Origin: Amoebidium appalachense
Lineage: Eukaryota > Protista > Ichthyosporea
NCBI GenBank assembly: GCA_963693365.1
Contig: CAVNZM010000003.1
Coordinates: 13,548,914-13,612,913 of the forward strand
DNA: 64,000 nucleotides
Direction of reading: 5' to 3'
In this document: positions 27,754 to 39,539 of the stretch, piece by piece
Numbering within the stretch: position 1 is the first letter of the stretch
Layout: each line of letters opens with the position of its first letter
Made by a program: the position numbers and the translations under genes
Notes under the pieces: generated by a model
What the model saw: the letters and a program-made list of their open reading frames with translations, nothing else
Told to the model about the DNA's origin: nothing
Database searches by the model: none

Positions 27754-29393
27754 AGCCGTGGCAGGCCGGGAGGAGAGACGGGAGGAACGACGGGGGACGG
27801 GACGGAGGGGCTCAGGGGCGGGGGGGTGGCTGGGACAGACACTCGGTGGTCGGGGATGGGTGCCTGGAAGCCAAGGATGGGTGCCGTGTTGAGGGGGGAG
27901 TCGGATGACACGGGGCTGGACGGTGCCGAGTGGAACTCCGGAGACCCAGGACGAACCGGGGTGAGATGACCAGGTACGTGGTCATTGACGGCAGGGGCCG
28001 GCAGCAGGGGTTGCTGGCCGGTGGGGGGGGGGGTGGGTGGAGCCACGGGGGCAGGCACACGACGGGGGGAACGACGGAGAATCACCGACGGAATTTCATC
28101 GTCATCGGAATGAGAATCTACGGAATGCAGTGATGGATCGATTGGGCTCGGTTGATTGGTGGCCTGCACAGAAATCTGATTGGATGCCGTGGTGAATTGT
28201 GATTCGTCGAAGACGACATCGCGGTAGATGTTGACCATGTTGCCACGTAGATTCATGATCTTGTGAGCTTTGTTGGTGATATCCCAGCCCACGTAGGTGC
28301 CGAGTTTGACGGTAGAGGCCAACTTGTCTCGTTTTGATGCAGGGACGTGTACATAGGCTGGGCAGCCGAACACGTGCAGGTGGGAGATGTCAGGCTTGAC
28401 ACCGTAGAAAATCTCAAACGATGTACGGCCATTGGCAGCTCTGGCCGGGGTCACGTTGATGATGTAGGCAGCATGCTTGAGAGCAGCTCCCCACAGCTTG
28501 GGGGAAAGGGAGTCGGCCTTGTCCTGGTGAAGGAAGCACCGAACGATCTCCTGCAGATCCCTCATCTTACGTTCAACGAAGCTGTTGACCTGGGTGCAGT
28601 CAACCAGGGCAAATTCCTGAATGATGCCCTTGGACTGGCAGTACTGCTCCATAGCATGGGAGGTGAACTCGGACCCAGAGTCGGAACGGAAGTGGGTCAC
28701 CACCTTGTCGGGTTGCTTGTCAATAGTCTCAACCAGGGCCATGACGTATTCGAGAGTTTCGGATCGATCACGGAGGAGGTACACGATGGTGTAGCCGGAG
28801 GCATCACAGGTACACACGAGGGCCACCTTGTAGCCACCATAGGAGGCACAGGGAGGCTCGAAGAAGTCCATGTGCCACTTGGCACCGGGAAAGGGGCACT
28901 GGGTTCTGGTGCCGGAGAATGGGGCCTTGGTGGTCTTGCCGGAGACACAGCCGAAGCAGTCAGTGGTGTCAGCCACTGAGAGTGATGAGGGGAGGCCTGT
29001 CACGAGGTCACCTCTCACCATCTTGGTGAGGGTGGACAGGGCACGATGGCCGAGACGGTGGTGCCAGAGCTGGGGATCATTGTTGACCTTGACGTTGGCT
29101 ACCAGAGCAGTGACGGACCGAGGGATGGAGGGACGTATCTCATAGTCGGTGATGAAGTACAGTCCATCTGTGCCTGTGAGGGAACACACGATGTTGCCAC
29201 CACGAGTGTAGAGGTAGGATGGGAATGCATCCTCATCATCGAGGTGGGCTAGGAGACCCGACTTGGAGGCCATTGAGGGTGAAATCAGGAAGGCTGGGGA
29301 GTCGGGTACGTAGAGGGTGTTTAGGCTCAGTACTGATGTTACTCCGTTGTAGGGGTGACGATGCCGAGGCCGTGGACGTCGGTCGGGGGGCAC
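27747..29393 (-). CDS. pol: Copia protease C-terminus, GAG-pre-integrase and integrase (frameshifted segment)
   Basis: LWHHRLGH, CFGC, WHMDF, RSDSGSEF, VERKMR, HVFGCPAYVH, YRDVVFDE. Confidence 0.9.
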   Translation of the reverse strand: MPPDRRPRPRHRHPYNGVTSVLSLNTLYVPDSPAFLISPSMASKSGLLAHLDDEDAFPSYLYTRGGNIVCSLTGTDGLYFITDYEIRPSIPRSVTALVANVKVNNDPQLWHHRLGHRALSTLTKMVRGDLVTGLPSSLSVADTTDCFGCVSGKTTKAPFSGTRTQCPFPGAKWHMDFFEPPCASYGGYKVALVCTCDASGYTIVYLLRDRSETLEYVMALVETIDKQPDKVVTHFRSDSGSEFTSHAMEQYCQSKGIIQEFALVDCTQVNSFVERKMRDLQEIVRCFLHQDKADSLSPKLWGAALKHAAYIINVTPARAANGRTSFEIFYGVKPDISHLHVFGCPAYVHVPASKRDKLASTVKLGTYVGWDITNKAHKIMNLRGNMVNIYRDVVFDESQFTTASNQISVQATNQPSPIDPSLHSVDSHSDDDEIPSVILRRSPRRVPAPVAPPTPPPTGQQPLLPAPAVNDHVPGHLTPVRPGSPEFHSAPSSPVSSDSPLNTAPILGFQAPIPDHRVSVPATPPPLSPSVPSPVVPPVSPPGLPRLW

Positions 29394-30559
29394 GGCTCAA
29401 GAGTAGAGAAGTACTCCTTCACTGGGCACACGTGGACGTTTGAAGCCGAGTCCCAGCAGGGGTCCATGGGTAGGGAGGCCGTGGTGGATACGAGGGCAAA
29501 ATGCACCTCTTTACCAGACTTGGTGCTGGCAGGGTGACGACGGGCAATTGAGCAGCCAGGTTTGTCACACTGTGTGACATGATGGTCCTCATGACAGTAG
29601 GCACAGTCGAGGGAGCCAGTGGTCTTGGCTCGGGGTGGCTGATAATGACGGTTACCCCCTTTACGGGGGGGGTAGGGTGACCGGGAACGATGGCCGGGGG
29701 AACGGGACCGGGAGTAATCACGGTCAACTGAGGGGGATCGATCGGTTGGACGACCACAGGGGTGACGGGAGACGGAGCTGTCACGTCGGGGGATCCGGTG
29801 TCTGAGGTCGTCCTTGGTGAGGACACGGCTTTGCAGGGCACGTGCTGTTCGGCCGGAGGAGGAGGACCCGGACCCAGAGTCGATGAGACCTTCACGGATC
29901 TCTGCAGCTCGGATGTCACTGATTAGACGGTTGTAGGTCTCGTAGTTGATGGTACGACGGAAGTAGTCGGCAATCATGGCCTGGATGTCGGAACAAACTA
30001 ACTTACGGTTCTTCTTGAGGTGGATGAAGAAGTTATCAACCATGGTCTTGTGAGGGATGGGCTCTTCGAGGATGTGCAGGGTAGTGCACAGACGGCGTGC
30101 CATGGTGAGGTAGGCCGTGACGGTCTTGAAGTCCTTGAGTTCAAGCTCATGGTAGTCGAGGAGGATTTGACAAGCACGATCTTCACGTTCAGCCGCATAG
30201 GTCATACGGAGGTTGTGGAAAGCTTGGGCAGGTGACACATCATCGTGGATTTGACCAGAGTTATACAGCTCATCACTGGAGACGAGTTGAGTAAACATCT
30301 GTTCAAGGAAGTTGGAAGCCTCGGTGTAGGCCTCCTCAGTGTCATAGCCATGCCACTCGTTCTCGTCGGAAGGGTCGACCCACTCGGGGGCCTTGATGAC
30401 GAGCACTAGCTTGGCCGCGGTGGTAGTACGTAGGTACCGGAAGATGACGGGTTCCCACTCATAATAGGTGAGACGTTTGCCGGACTTCTTGTCCGTGGTG
30501 TCCTCCCCTTTCCAGGGGGTGAGGTTGAGGTACGCAGGTTTCTCCGACATGGTGATCAA
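29339..30559 (-). CDS. gag: Copia gag and start of protease
   Basis: CAYCHEDHHVTQC zinc knuckle; WDSASNVHVC protease motif; frameshift into the next segment. Confidence 0.85.
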   Translation of the reverse strand: MITMSEKPAYLNLTPWKGEDTTDKKSGKRLTYYEWEPVIFRYLRTTTAAKLVLVIKAPEWVDPSDENEWHGYDTEEAYTEASNFLEQMFTQLVSSDELYNSGQIHDDVSPAQAFHNLRMTYAAEREDRACQILLDYHELELKDFKTVTAYLTMARRLCTTLHILEEPIPHKTMVDNFFIHLKKNRKLVCSDIQAMIADYFRRTINYETYNRLISDIRAAEIREGLIDSGSGSSSSGRTARALQSRVLTKDDLRHRIPRRDSSVSRHPCGRPTDRSPSVDRDYSRSRSPGHRSRSPYPPRKGGNRHYQPPRAKTTGSLDCAYCHEDHHVTQCDKPGCSIARRHPASTKSGKEVHFALVSTTASLPMDPCWDSASNVHVCPVKEYFSTLEPCPPTDVHGLGIVTPTTE

Positions 30560-31585
30560 TCAGTCAGATGATGCGCGAGAGAGGAATCAGATCGGTATTC
30601 AAATTTGAATATTTTCGATTGCAGCGAGAGTATGTGTTGCGAGAGCGTGCGAAAATGGGCCTTTAACCACGGTGACCTGTTGTTTTGTACGGGTCTAAGG
30701 GTCCCGGAGCAGAGTGCACAGAGGTGTCATGTAAAACACGACTAACACATTAATGAGAGGGCAATCGGAGTTGTTCACGAGACATTGAAAGATTCAAACA
30801 ACAACTGATCCTTTATTGTGCTCTCGGTTCTTTTTGTACTTGCGACTTATCAGCTTATCACAACTAAAGAGGGAGAACCAATCGGTTCTATCAGAAAATA
30901 GAAAAACACATTCCGACAGAGCATACGCATTCCAACTTCCGACTTAACTAAAGTTTAGAAACTCTTATTTAAATAAATTTAGTAATTATACATCTAGTCA
31001 CTATTAACTCACATATATAGTTATATTCGTCTCTATAGAGAAACTCATTTAAATACATATATTTTCTAATAGTCGACACTCTCAAAGTGAAGACACATTG
31101 CAATAAACCGAATTCCATATGTATCTATTGTCCAATCACAACACATATATTAATAGACAGGAATGCACAACACGATCTACAGATGTACTCGCTCGCGACT
31201 ATTGGCGAGCCATCCTATTGAGAACAAAACTAAGCCATTTTGAAATAAAGGAAAGACAACGAATGTAGCTAGCCAATCACGCTACCTCTCAGATAAACAG
31301 AGGAGAGCAAACAGAAATAAAATACAATAAGTTCTTATCAGGCAAGAGAGCCAGGTGTGCACAGATCTACAGATATCTGTGCTCACAGAAACAAGGGAGA
31401 GAGAGATACGGGGGGGGGGGGGGGGGGGGGGGAGAGAGAGAGAGAGAGAAAAGAGAGAGAGAAAAGAGAAAAGGGAAAGAGCACAAAGAAGGAAAGCAGA
31501 CACGAATACAAACAAAGCTAAGACACATACATACTTCAAGGCTCTTGCTGTCATACGTGGTGACGTATTCCAACACACACCCAGC

Positions 31586-31840
31586 AACAGACAATGGGAG
31601 AAATTGTAAAGTTTACATTTTTGGTTGTGACGTCACAACAGGGGTGTTTTACCCGGGCCGACATATGAATATTGCTAAAGCAAGATTTTTCATGAAATTT
31701 CCCGAACGGGGGCTGCACGTGCGTGTAGAAGGTTGAAAAAGACAGGACTCTCAGAGTCCAAGCGGACTCTCATAGTCCGCTGGGAGGACCATACGAACTG
31801 ACCCAAAATGTAAACTTTACATTTTCTCCCATTGTCTGTT
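31586..31840. mobile_element. MITE with ~36-bp TIRs and 4-bp TSD CAGC
   Basis: AACAGACAATGGGAGAAA...TTTCTCCCATTGTCTGTT; CAGC at 31582-31585 and 31841-31844. Confidence 0.88.
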
Positions 31841-32060
31841 CAGCCACCAACACCTCACACTTCTGTCAAAGTCCATCTGTCTTTCACTTCACACGACCGG
31901 ATTCTTTTTGGCTCACAGATTGTTTTCCGTCCATCCTGCACCCTAGTGTATGGTATGGGCCCATATTCCGGAAAACGAAGTGAGTGGCGCACGTATGCAC
32001 GCAGGCGCACGCGCACGCACGCACGCGCGTATGTGCACACGCGCACACACGCACAAGAAA

Positions 32061-32143
<83 letters not shown>

Positions 32144-33198
32144 CACACACACAATGTCATAAACATACACACACACAGACACCGTGACACATGCACACAC
32201 GCACACACGCGCAAAACGTGCACACACACTCACGCACGCACGTACGCACACACACACACACGCAAAGCACGCACGAACAAACTCACGCACACACGCACCA
32301 CACAGACAGAGACACGCACCATACAAACTCAGGCACGCACAAAAAAAGGTGTTAAGCACATTACCCGACACTTTGCCAAGTAATTAGGTATCATTTGGTT
32401 TTCTATGCAAACAGAGGCAGGAATTCTGCTAATCTTTCTGAATCAGATACAGAGTGCGGTGAGGCCGCCCGGGCCAGCTTGCAGCCGATATATGTCCGTC
32501 CGTATACATGTAATCTATGAAAACTACTCCGGGACGTGTGTTGCCTCTAGGGGAACATCCCCTTGGACGAAAATGAACCTGCAATGGTTGTAAACCACGG
32601 CAAGCCCCCAGTCATCAATTTATTGATCCGTGAGGTCCTTGTGCCCAAAAAACGGGGGAAGTCTTCGCCCCGTGAAAAAACAGCACGTATGTGTGGATCA
32701 ATGGGGGTTGAGTGTGGGTGTAGGTGGGTGGGTGAAAAAGGAATATATAGCTGTAAGGCTGTGGGTGCTAAACACAGAAGATGTGTTTGTAGCTTGCTGA
32801 TCTGCTAAAAACTGTCGTGCTTATATACCTAAGCCTACCGATCTGAGCCAATCAAAATCGATCTAGTGATATGTGAAATCTGATCCGAGCCAATCAAAAC
32901 TCGGTTTAGTGATATGTGGAATCTGATGTTTTGATTGGCTAATAGGTGCCCGTGTGCGGGCAGCCAACCGCGAACTGCTAAAACACGAAATGAAGCCTAC
33001 ATGGTTATGTTGATACCGAACACCCATCCTACGTGTTTACCCAGAAAAAATATTTATGTCAATAAATTCCACAAATAAAACCTCTATGAAAACTACTCCG
33101 GGACGTGTGTTGCCTCTAGGGGACATCCCCTTGGACGAAAGTGAACCTGCAATGGTTGTAAACCACGGCACGAGAGCAGTATGCTTGCTCCAAAGGTT

Positions 33199-34213
33199 TC
33201 ACTTAAGAATAGAGGCGAATACACGTGTGGTAGTGGCAGCAATGGAGGCCGGGCGAAGTCGAGTATAGATCAGGAAACAGTCGGAGGACCATCTGCCGAG
33301 TTGTTTGATCCGGGAGTTGTCGACCCCGGCCTCAGCCAGGGCTGTGGCCCCCCCGATTCGGGAGGCTGTGGCCGGCAAACCGGGAGGGTGAGAGGCCTGC
33401 CCGGGAGAGGAGAGCACGGAAGTCGGCAGAGAAAGCACCCTTGGTGTAGGGAATGCCACCGAGACTGAACAGGGGGTCGTCGGGTTGACCGGACGTTGTA
33501 TCCAGGAACTGCCGGAGGAGATGGGCTGGGGAGAAGTGGGTGAGGGGCAGGGCAGCGAGAGTGACGTTGACACCTTGGGCCTGTACATCCGTCTTGGAGG
33601 TTGGCAGGTGGAGGGTGGCATGGGACAAAGTACCGGAGGGGGTGTAGCTGAATGTCACGTCCTTCCTTTTAACGTGACGGGACGGGTCGAAGGAAGTCAG
33701 GGTCTTGGAGGTAAATTCCCCGGAACGGAGGAGACCACAAAAACCGACGATGAGGATCGTCCATAGCCGGAGATTGGCCGAGGAGGCCTTGGTGGGGCAC
33801 TGGCCATGGAGTAGGCTGAGGTGGGAGGGCAGGAGGGGCTCCCTGGTAGATGATCGGGGCCGGATGTTGTGAGAAAGCTGCCATCTGCCCACCCCTCGTA
33901 GGAACCAGGCCAGAGACTTGTCGTGGGGGTAGGGAGCAGGGAGGCCCATGTCGAGGTGGAGTCTGGTGATGGCCGAATTGTAGCCGGCCAAGGAAGAGGC
34001 CTGTACCCCTCGTTGGGCACACCAGGCGAGAAAGAGCTGCACGGTGTGTGGGGAGGCCGGGAGGTAGGACCCGGAGGAGGACTGCAGCCGAGATGCCACA
34101 CAAAAATCGATGAACACTTTTTGCACCCGGGAGTAAAAGGCCCGAGAGTCGAGGTTGAGACTCAGGGCCTGGCATTCCTGCAGGGTAGTGGTGGCTCGAA
34201 GCAGCTCGGCCGG
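33199..34213 (-). pseudogene. Tyrosine recombinase of copy 3; N-terminus continues at 46726-46919
   Basis: YR motifs; cut at APHFAPA|ELLRA by the Gypsy; frameshift near 33360. Confidence 0.88.
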
Positions 34214-34928
34214 TGTCGTAACCTATTGTGTATGTACTAGAGACGCGGCACTCTACTAAGTGTACACACACGAAAAGGAACGAACGTGTACGGAAAAACG
34301 GTAAAGTTTATTCAGACCAGGCTCCGACGGGCAAAACTTAGATCCGTACGGAATGAGGCTAAGTCACAACTGAGGCCATCAAGGCCGTGCCCTCAAAGAT
34401 CATCATCACCTGGCCCCCCTACGATGCCACATTCCAAACATTCCGATCTACTTTATCGTGCGCCTGCACGAGCTAAGTCGATCTACTCAAACCAATATAT
34501 TTATCCATGTCTCACCCCTCACCCTCCCCCTAGTGGCACCGCAGAGTCTAAATCTACATTTCATACTATCCTCCCCCCCCCTCCCTCCCCCCTTTCCTCT
34601 ACATCTAAATATATAAATACGTTTGGCAACATACACTATCAAACCTTGCCAATACTTACAAAAGGGCTTCTGCCCGAACAATCACATTCCTAAGTCCTCC
34701 TACGATCTATCCTACACTAGGCTAATTAGAATTCTATTGGTCGGCTGCCCCAGCTGACGTGGTCCTGCCCTGCGCCGGCAGAGGCAAGATGCACGCAGCT
34801 GTACAGCTATCTTGAGGCCCCGGACTTGATCTTGATGATCTGTGGACCCGGGCCCCCCCCCCCCCCCCCCCCCCCCGATCTCGATCGTAGACTTAGGCTG
34901 ATCTGCTGAGACGGATTAGTATATGTCA
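34214..34928 (-). repeat. Gypsy 3' LTR
   Basis: Direct repeat of 46007-46725. Confidence 0.93.
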
Positions 34929-35110
34929 ACTCCCCCCCCGGCCCCCGGAAAAGCTGAGTCCCACCTCAGTCACATTACATCTAACACCCCCTAAAAAGAC
35001 ATAGACTAATCAGTCTCCTAAAAAAATTAAATTAAATAAATTACGAAGAAAAATAATAAATTAATCTACACCATAAGCTTGATACCTACGGAGACACCTA
35101 TGATAATAAA

Positions 35111-36766
35111 TTAAATTCCTACGACTACGTTCACACTCCTCCTCGGTCTCCCTCCCCCCCCCCCCCCCTCCCCCCGTGTGTCTACGTGTATTTGCATCAC
35201 TCCCCCCCCCGGGCCCCCCCCCCCCACCGACTTTTTCACACCACGATTAAACTGAGGAATAACTCTCTTGGGCCTAGAGGGAGCACTAGGCAACTCCCTC
35301 TGCACTAATCTAGCCTCATAAGCACGAATAGAAAACGGGCAATCCAAATGAAACTCAGGCAACCACTGATCTTCCTGATAACCTCCCCTTAAACGAATTA
35401 AATAATAATTTACCTTACCTTCCTTACCTTCGATAACCTTTTTATCCATAATTTTATCTACTGCAGCCTCCGATACATCCACCGACCCGTCATAGTCGGG
35501 GGTGAATGCATCTAACACTCGACGGCCCTCCGGCCGTTTGACCCTAAGGGCCCTATCACAATATTCCTTTATATCATCTACATTATAAAATCTAACATCA
35601 CTCTCATTATCTAACCTCTGCACCTTATATTCCGTCGGACCTAACCTAGCCACTATTTTATACGGGCCAATGAAAAGAGGCAACCATTTCTTACCATACT
35701 TACGAAGACCTTCACCTTCACCCTTACCTTCCTGCTCCTGCTTATATCTCTTTTTCCTAGTATGATCCCTAATTAAAACTAAAGTACCCTCGGCAAATTC
35801 ACGTAACGGACGTGTGGACACGTCTGCACGTGCCTGTGCCTGCTGTGTACGGGCCAGAGCTGCATCACGTGCAGCCCGGGCCCGGGTTAGTAGCTGCTCC
35901 CAGAACTCAGTCCAGTGGGGATAAGTTAGTCGGTCAGCCCCCCCCATCGGCAAAAGTGCCGTATCTAACAAACTAATAGCCTCCTGCCCATAGACCAAAT
36001 AAAACGGAGAAAAACCAGTCACAGCATGAGGGGTAGAATTATACGAATGAGCAATAAACCTAGACATATGATCCCAATCATTAGCCTCCACATCCACCAT
36101 TTTGCCAAAGGACTTCTGAAACACTGCATGCACACGTTCAGAGATGGCATTTGCTTGAGGGTGATATGCAGACGTAGTGATATGAGCTACCCTGAAAATT
36201 TTACACACCTCCGACACCAACTGATTTAAAAACACACGACTCCTATCCGTTAACAAAACACGAGGACAACCAAACCTAAGACAAATTTCATCCACAAAAA
36301 TACGAGCAAACAAAACGGCATTAGCAGTGGGGAGAGGAAAAACTTCAACCCAACGAGTGGCCACATCGGTGACGGTAACAAGAACAGTGTTACCCTCAAC
36401 CGTAGAATTAAAAGGACCGACTACATCCACTGCTACCCTTTCAAACATACGAACATTAAAATCCCTAATAAACGACGGGCGGGAACGAGAGTGGGGACTC
36501 TCATTCCTTTCCTGACAATGCATGCATGACAACACATAATCCCTCACCTCCCTACTCATACCCGGCCAAAAATACGAACGATTAACACGAAGCACCGTCC
36601 TATTTACCCCTAAATGACCAGCCATGGGATGCTCATGCACCATATGCAAAACCTCAGGCACAAGTGCCGTCGGGACCCAAACTCGGTGTCCGTCTGGCCC
36701 AGAACAATGATAAACTAAATCCTGCTCTACCTGACACATTTTTGCTAACTTAGCTACCTTAATCAT
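35111..36766 (-). CDS. pol: Gypsy integrase with GPY/F motif and C-terminal chromodomain
   Basis: HEHPMAGHLG..CMHC, VAVDVVGP, LLTDRS, NAISERVH, FIGPYKI, VDKIMDKK..YYLIRLRGGYQEDQWLPEFHLDC. Confidence 0.92.
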   Translation of the reverse strand: MIKVAKLAKMCQVEQDLVYHCSGPDGHRVWVPTALVPEVLHMVHEHPMAGHLGVNRTVLRVNRSYFWPGMSREVRDYVLSCMHCQERNESPHSRSRPSFIRDFNVRMFERVAVDVVGPFNSTVEGNTVLVTVTDVATRWVEVFPLPTANAVLFARIFVDEICLRFGCPRVLLTDRSRVFLNQLVSEVCKIFRVAHITTSAYHPQANAISERVHAVFQKSFGKMVDVEANDWDHMSRFIAHSYNSTPHAVTGFSPFYLVYGQEAISLLDTALLPMGGADRLTYPHWTEFWEQLLTRARAARDAALARTQQAQARADVSTRPLREFAEGTLVLIRDHTRKKRYKQEQEGKGEGEGLRKYGKKWLPLFIGPYKIVARLGPTEYKVQRLDNESDVRFYNVDDIKEYCDRALRVKRPEGRRVLDAFTPDYDGSVDVSEAAVDKIMDKKVIEGKEGKVNYYLIRLRGGYQEDQWLPEFHLDCPFSIRAYEARLVQRELPSAPSRPKRVIPQFNRGVKKSVGGGGPGGGVMQIHVDTRGEGGGGGGRPRRSVNVVVGI

Positions 36767-36808
36767 CTGCCTTTTATTTTTAAATTTAATCGAATCAACC
36801 GGCCCCTT

Positions 36809-37535
36809 TCAATAATTCTTAACCAGACCAATCAACACATCTTCCTCCTGAGCTAAGATCAAAGCCGTAGGTGCTAAGGCAGGGGCCGAGCCATGAGACT
36901 CGGTCCCGACCTCAGACACTGACAAATACCTCCCGCCCCCTCCCCTACACTTATAAGCAAGCAACCCCGGAGCCCAAGAAGACACATCAACAGACACAGC
37001 ATCTATTCCTTTCTGCTCACTCTCCCCCCCCTTCCCCCCCTCCCCCCCCCCGTCTCTCACTAGCCCCCCCTCCCCCTCCTTCTCTTCTTCAAACAAAATA
37101 TAAGCAGCACGAGAGAGAGCATTACAGTCAACCATTGTTTCACCCTTGGCATAAAACAATTTATAGGAGAACTCACCGAGAGCCGCGGCCCACTTCTGCA
37201 TCCTCTCGTTGACCAGACGAGTGGTGCCGGCCATGGCTAGGCAGGGCTTGTGGTCGGTGTAGACCTCAAACGTCCTGCCTGCGAGTATATACCTCCATGC
37301 CTGTGAGACTGCCCAAAAGATAGCATGGGACTCTCTCTCCGGATTGCTATATCTACGTTCACTTTTACTAAATGAACGACTAGCATAAGCAATCACTCTA
37401 TCCTGCCCCTCCTGCACTTGATATAACACGGCCCCCTCAGCAACCTTACTTGCATCACACCGAACTTTAAACATCCCCCCCCCGGCCGAAAAATCAGGAT
37501 GAACAAGCATACTCGAAGACTGCAAAGCTAACTTA
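36809..37535 (-). CDS. pol: Gypsy RNase H segment
   Basis: CDASKVAEGAVLYQ, IAYASR, ERESHAI, VYTDHKP; continuous with the RT once Ngaro copy 4 is removed. Confidence 0.9.
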
Positions 37536-37719
37536 GGTTTTATTTGTGGAAATTATTGACATAAATATTTTTCTGGGTAAACACGTAGGATGGGTGTTCG
37601 GTACCAACATAACCATGTAGGCTTCATTTCGTGTTTTAGCAGTTAGCGGTTGGCTGCCCGCACACGGGCACCTATTAGCCAGTCAAAACATCAGATACCA
37701 CAGATCACTAGACCGAGTT

Positions 37720-37800
37720 ATGATTGGCTCGGATCAGATTTCACATATCACTAGATCGATTTTTGATTGGCTCAGATCGGTAGGCTTAGGTATATAAGCA
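37720..37800 (+). promoter_or_regulatory. Putative Pol II promoter in the Ngaro A repeat
   Basis: Two GATTGGCTC (reverse CCAAT) boxes, then GGTATATAAG ~120 bp before the gag ATG; conserved in all A copies. Confidence 0.55.
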
Positions 37801-37915
37801 CGACAGTTTTTAGCAGATCAGCAAGCTACAAACACATCTTCTGTGTTTAGCATCCACAGCCTTACAGCTATATATTCCTTTTTCATTCTCCCTATCTTTC
37901 CCTACGCCGGTCAGC

Positions 37916-39086
37916 ATGCCGCCGAAAAAGCGCCAGGCCTCAGCCGCCGCCCCTGCCGCGGCACCTAAGCGCCTGACCCGCAGCGACCTCCGCCACAGGC
38001 TGACCAACGCTCCCGCGGACACTGACGCGCCTCCAGCGGCCCATACCACCACGGACCCGGACCCGCCGGCTACTCTCCCCTCCACTCCTGAAGTCCCCCC
38101 TCAGGCCCCGCCGTCCCCGCAGATGACTTCTCAAGACGCCGTCCTGGCCGCCCTCACCGCCATCAGCACCCAGATGGCTGGCGTCCTGGCTGCTCTCACC
38201 AACCGCGACCCTCCCGCGCCCCCCGCCGCGCCTTCCACACCCGGGGAGGTTTCCCCGGGGCTGCATCTCGGCCCTGACCTAGACCTACCTGCCCTGCCCG
38301 CGCCCCCCATCACAGGTGAGAACACTGGCGACATTCAGCCGGGCACACTCCCGCTTCCCCCCCGCGGATGTGCTGGCAGATTTGCGCGCCAATCGTTTCG
38401 TCGACCTGTATAAGTTCACCCCCGCCGCCCTCCTGGCCCCATCCAAGAAAGGTCAGCATCTGCGCATGGCCGACGACGGCAGCATCGAGACTTTTCGCCA
38501 AGACAAACCCGTTCCCCTGCGTTCACTCGTCATTTGGATCCAAGCTTGGACCCATTACATGGCCGCCAAGCACCACCTCGGCCTCCCCACGGACAAAGAC
38601 GTACTTTGGACTCAGCACATCACTCGCCTCAGCACCCGATACCCGTGGGCCCAGATCCACAACTATGACGTATACGCCCGCACCGTTGCCCACCAGCAGT
38701 GTCGGGCTCCGATCGAGTGTCCCAACCTGCTCGCCCAACTCCACCAGGATCTCCTCCTGCCACCCACTCTGCTCATCCCGGACGCATGTCAGCGCTGTGG
38801 CTTCCCCGACCACCCCAGCGCAGCCTGCCCCATGTACCCCAAGCCCGGCTGTGGTCTTGACGGCTTTAAGCCGCCCCACAAGCCCGGCGGGGGTCAAACC
38901 CCTAACCGCCCTGGCCCGCAACCCGGCCCGGCAAAACCGGCCCGACCCGTGGATCTACCCGCGACGCACTGCAGGAATTTCCACATTAACGGTCGGTCCT
39001 GCGCTAAGCAGCCCTGCCCCTTCTCCCACGTGTGCCCGCTCTGCTCTGGCACACACCCCCGCAAAGACTGCAAGCACAATGCCTAG
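37916..39086 (+). CDS. Ngaro gag-like ORF1 (one homopolymer frameshift near 38360)
   Basis: CQRCGFPDHPSAAC knuckle and CRNFH..SCAKQPCPFSHVCPLCSGTH zinc fingers. Confidence 0.88.
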
Positions 39087-39479
39087 TCTTCGCGCGCACC
39101 CACACACACCGCTAGAACATAGGGGTTAGGAGCTAGGACACACGAGTACAGGGAAACGGAGCTCGGGAGAACGGGCCAATAGGGCTGAGTACAAAATTTC
39201 GCAGGCCAACTACGGCGCCCGCGCGCGTCAAGAATAAATGTCCCTACACAAAGACGTTTATTCTGGCCACTGCACATAATTTTACTCCCCCCCCCATCCC
39301 ACGAGCCTCCCCCCCCCCCCCTTACACTCACCTAGCACTCCCTCCCCCCCCTTCTTCTACCTCTGTGTCCGCCCACACCCCGCGTGCTCGGGCACATTCC
39401 CCTGCACAGGGCCCCGCTGCCCTCCCTGCCCACCCTCACTTGGGCCCAGCTGCCCTACTCTAACCCCCCCGGGGCCCTG

Positions 39480-39521
<42 letters not shown>

Positions 39522-39539
39522 CTGCGGGGGATCTCCCCA

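Larger units (their letters stand above)
25228..31575 (-). mobile_element. Ty1/Copia LTR retrotransposon, near complete, 3' LTR truncated
   Basis: gag-PR-IN-RT-RH order. 5' LTR ~30678-31575; only ~210 bp of the 3' LTR survives (25228-25441). PPT TTGAGTGGGGA; PBS GGTTAAAGGCCCA at 30656-30668. Confidence 0.92.
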
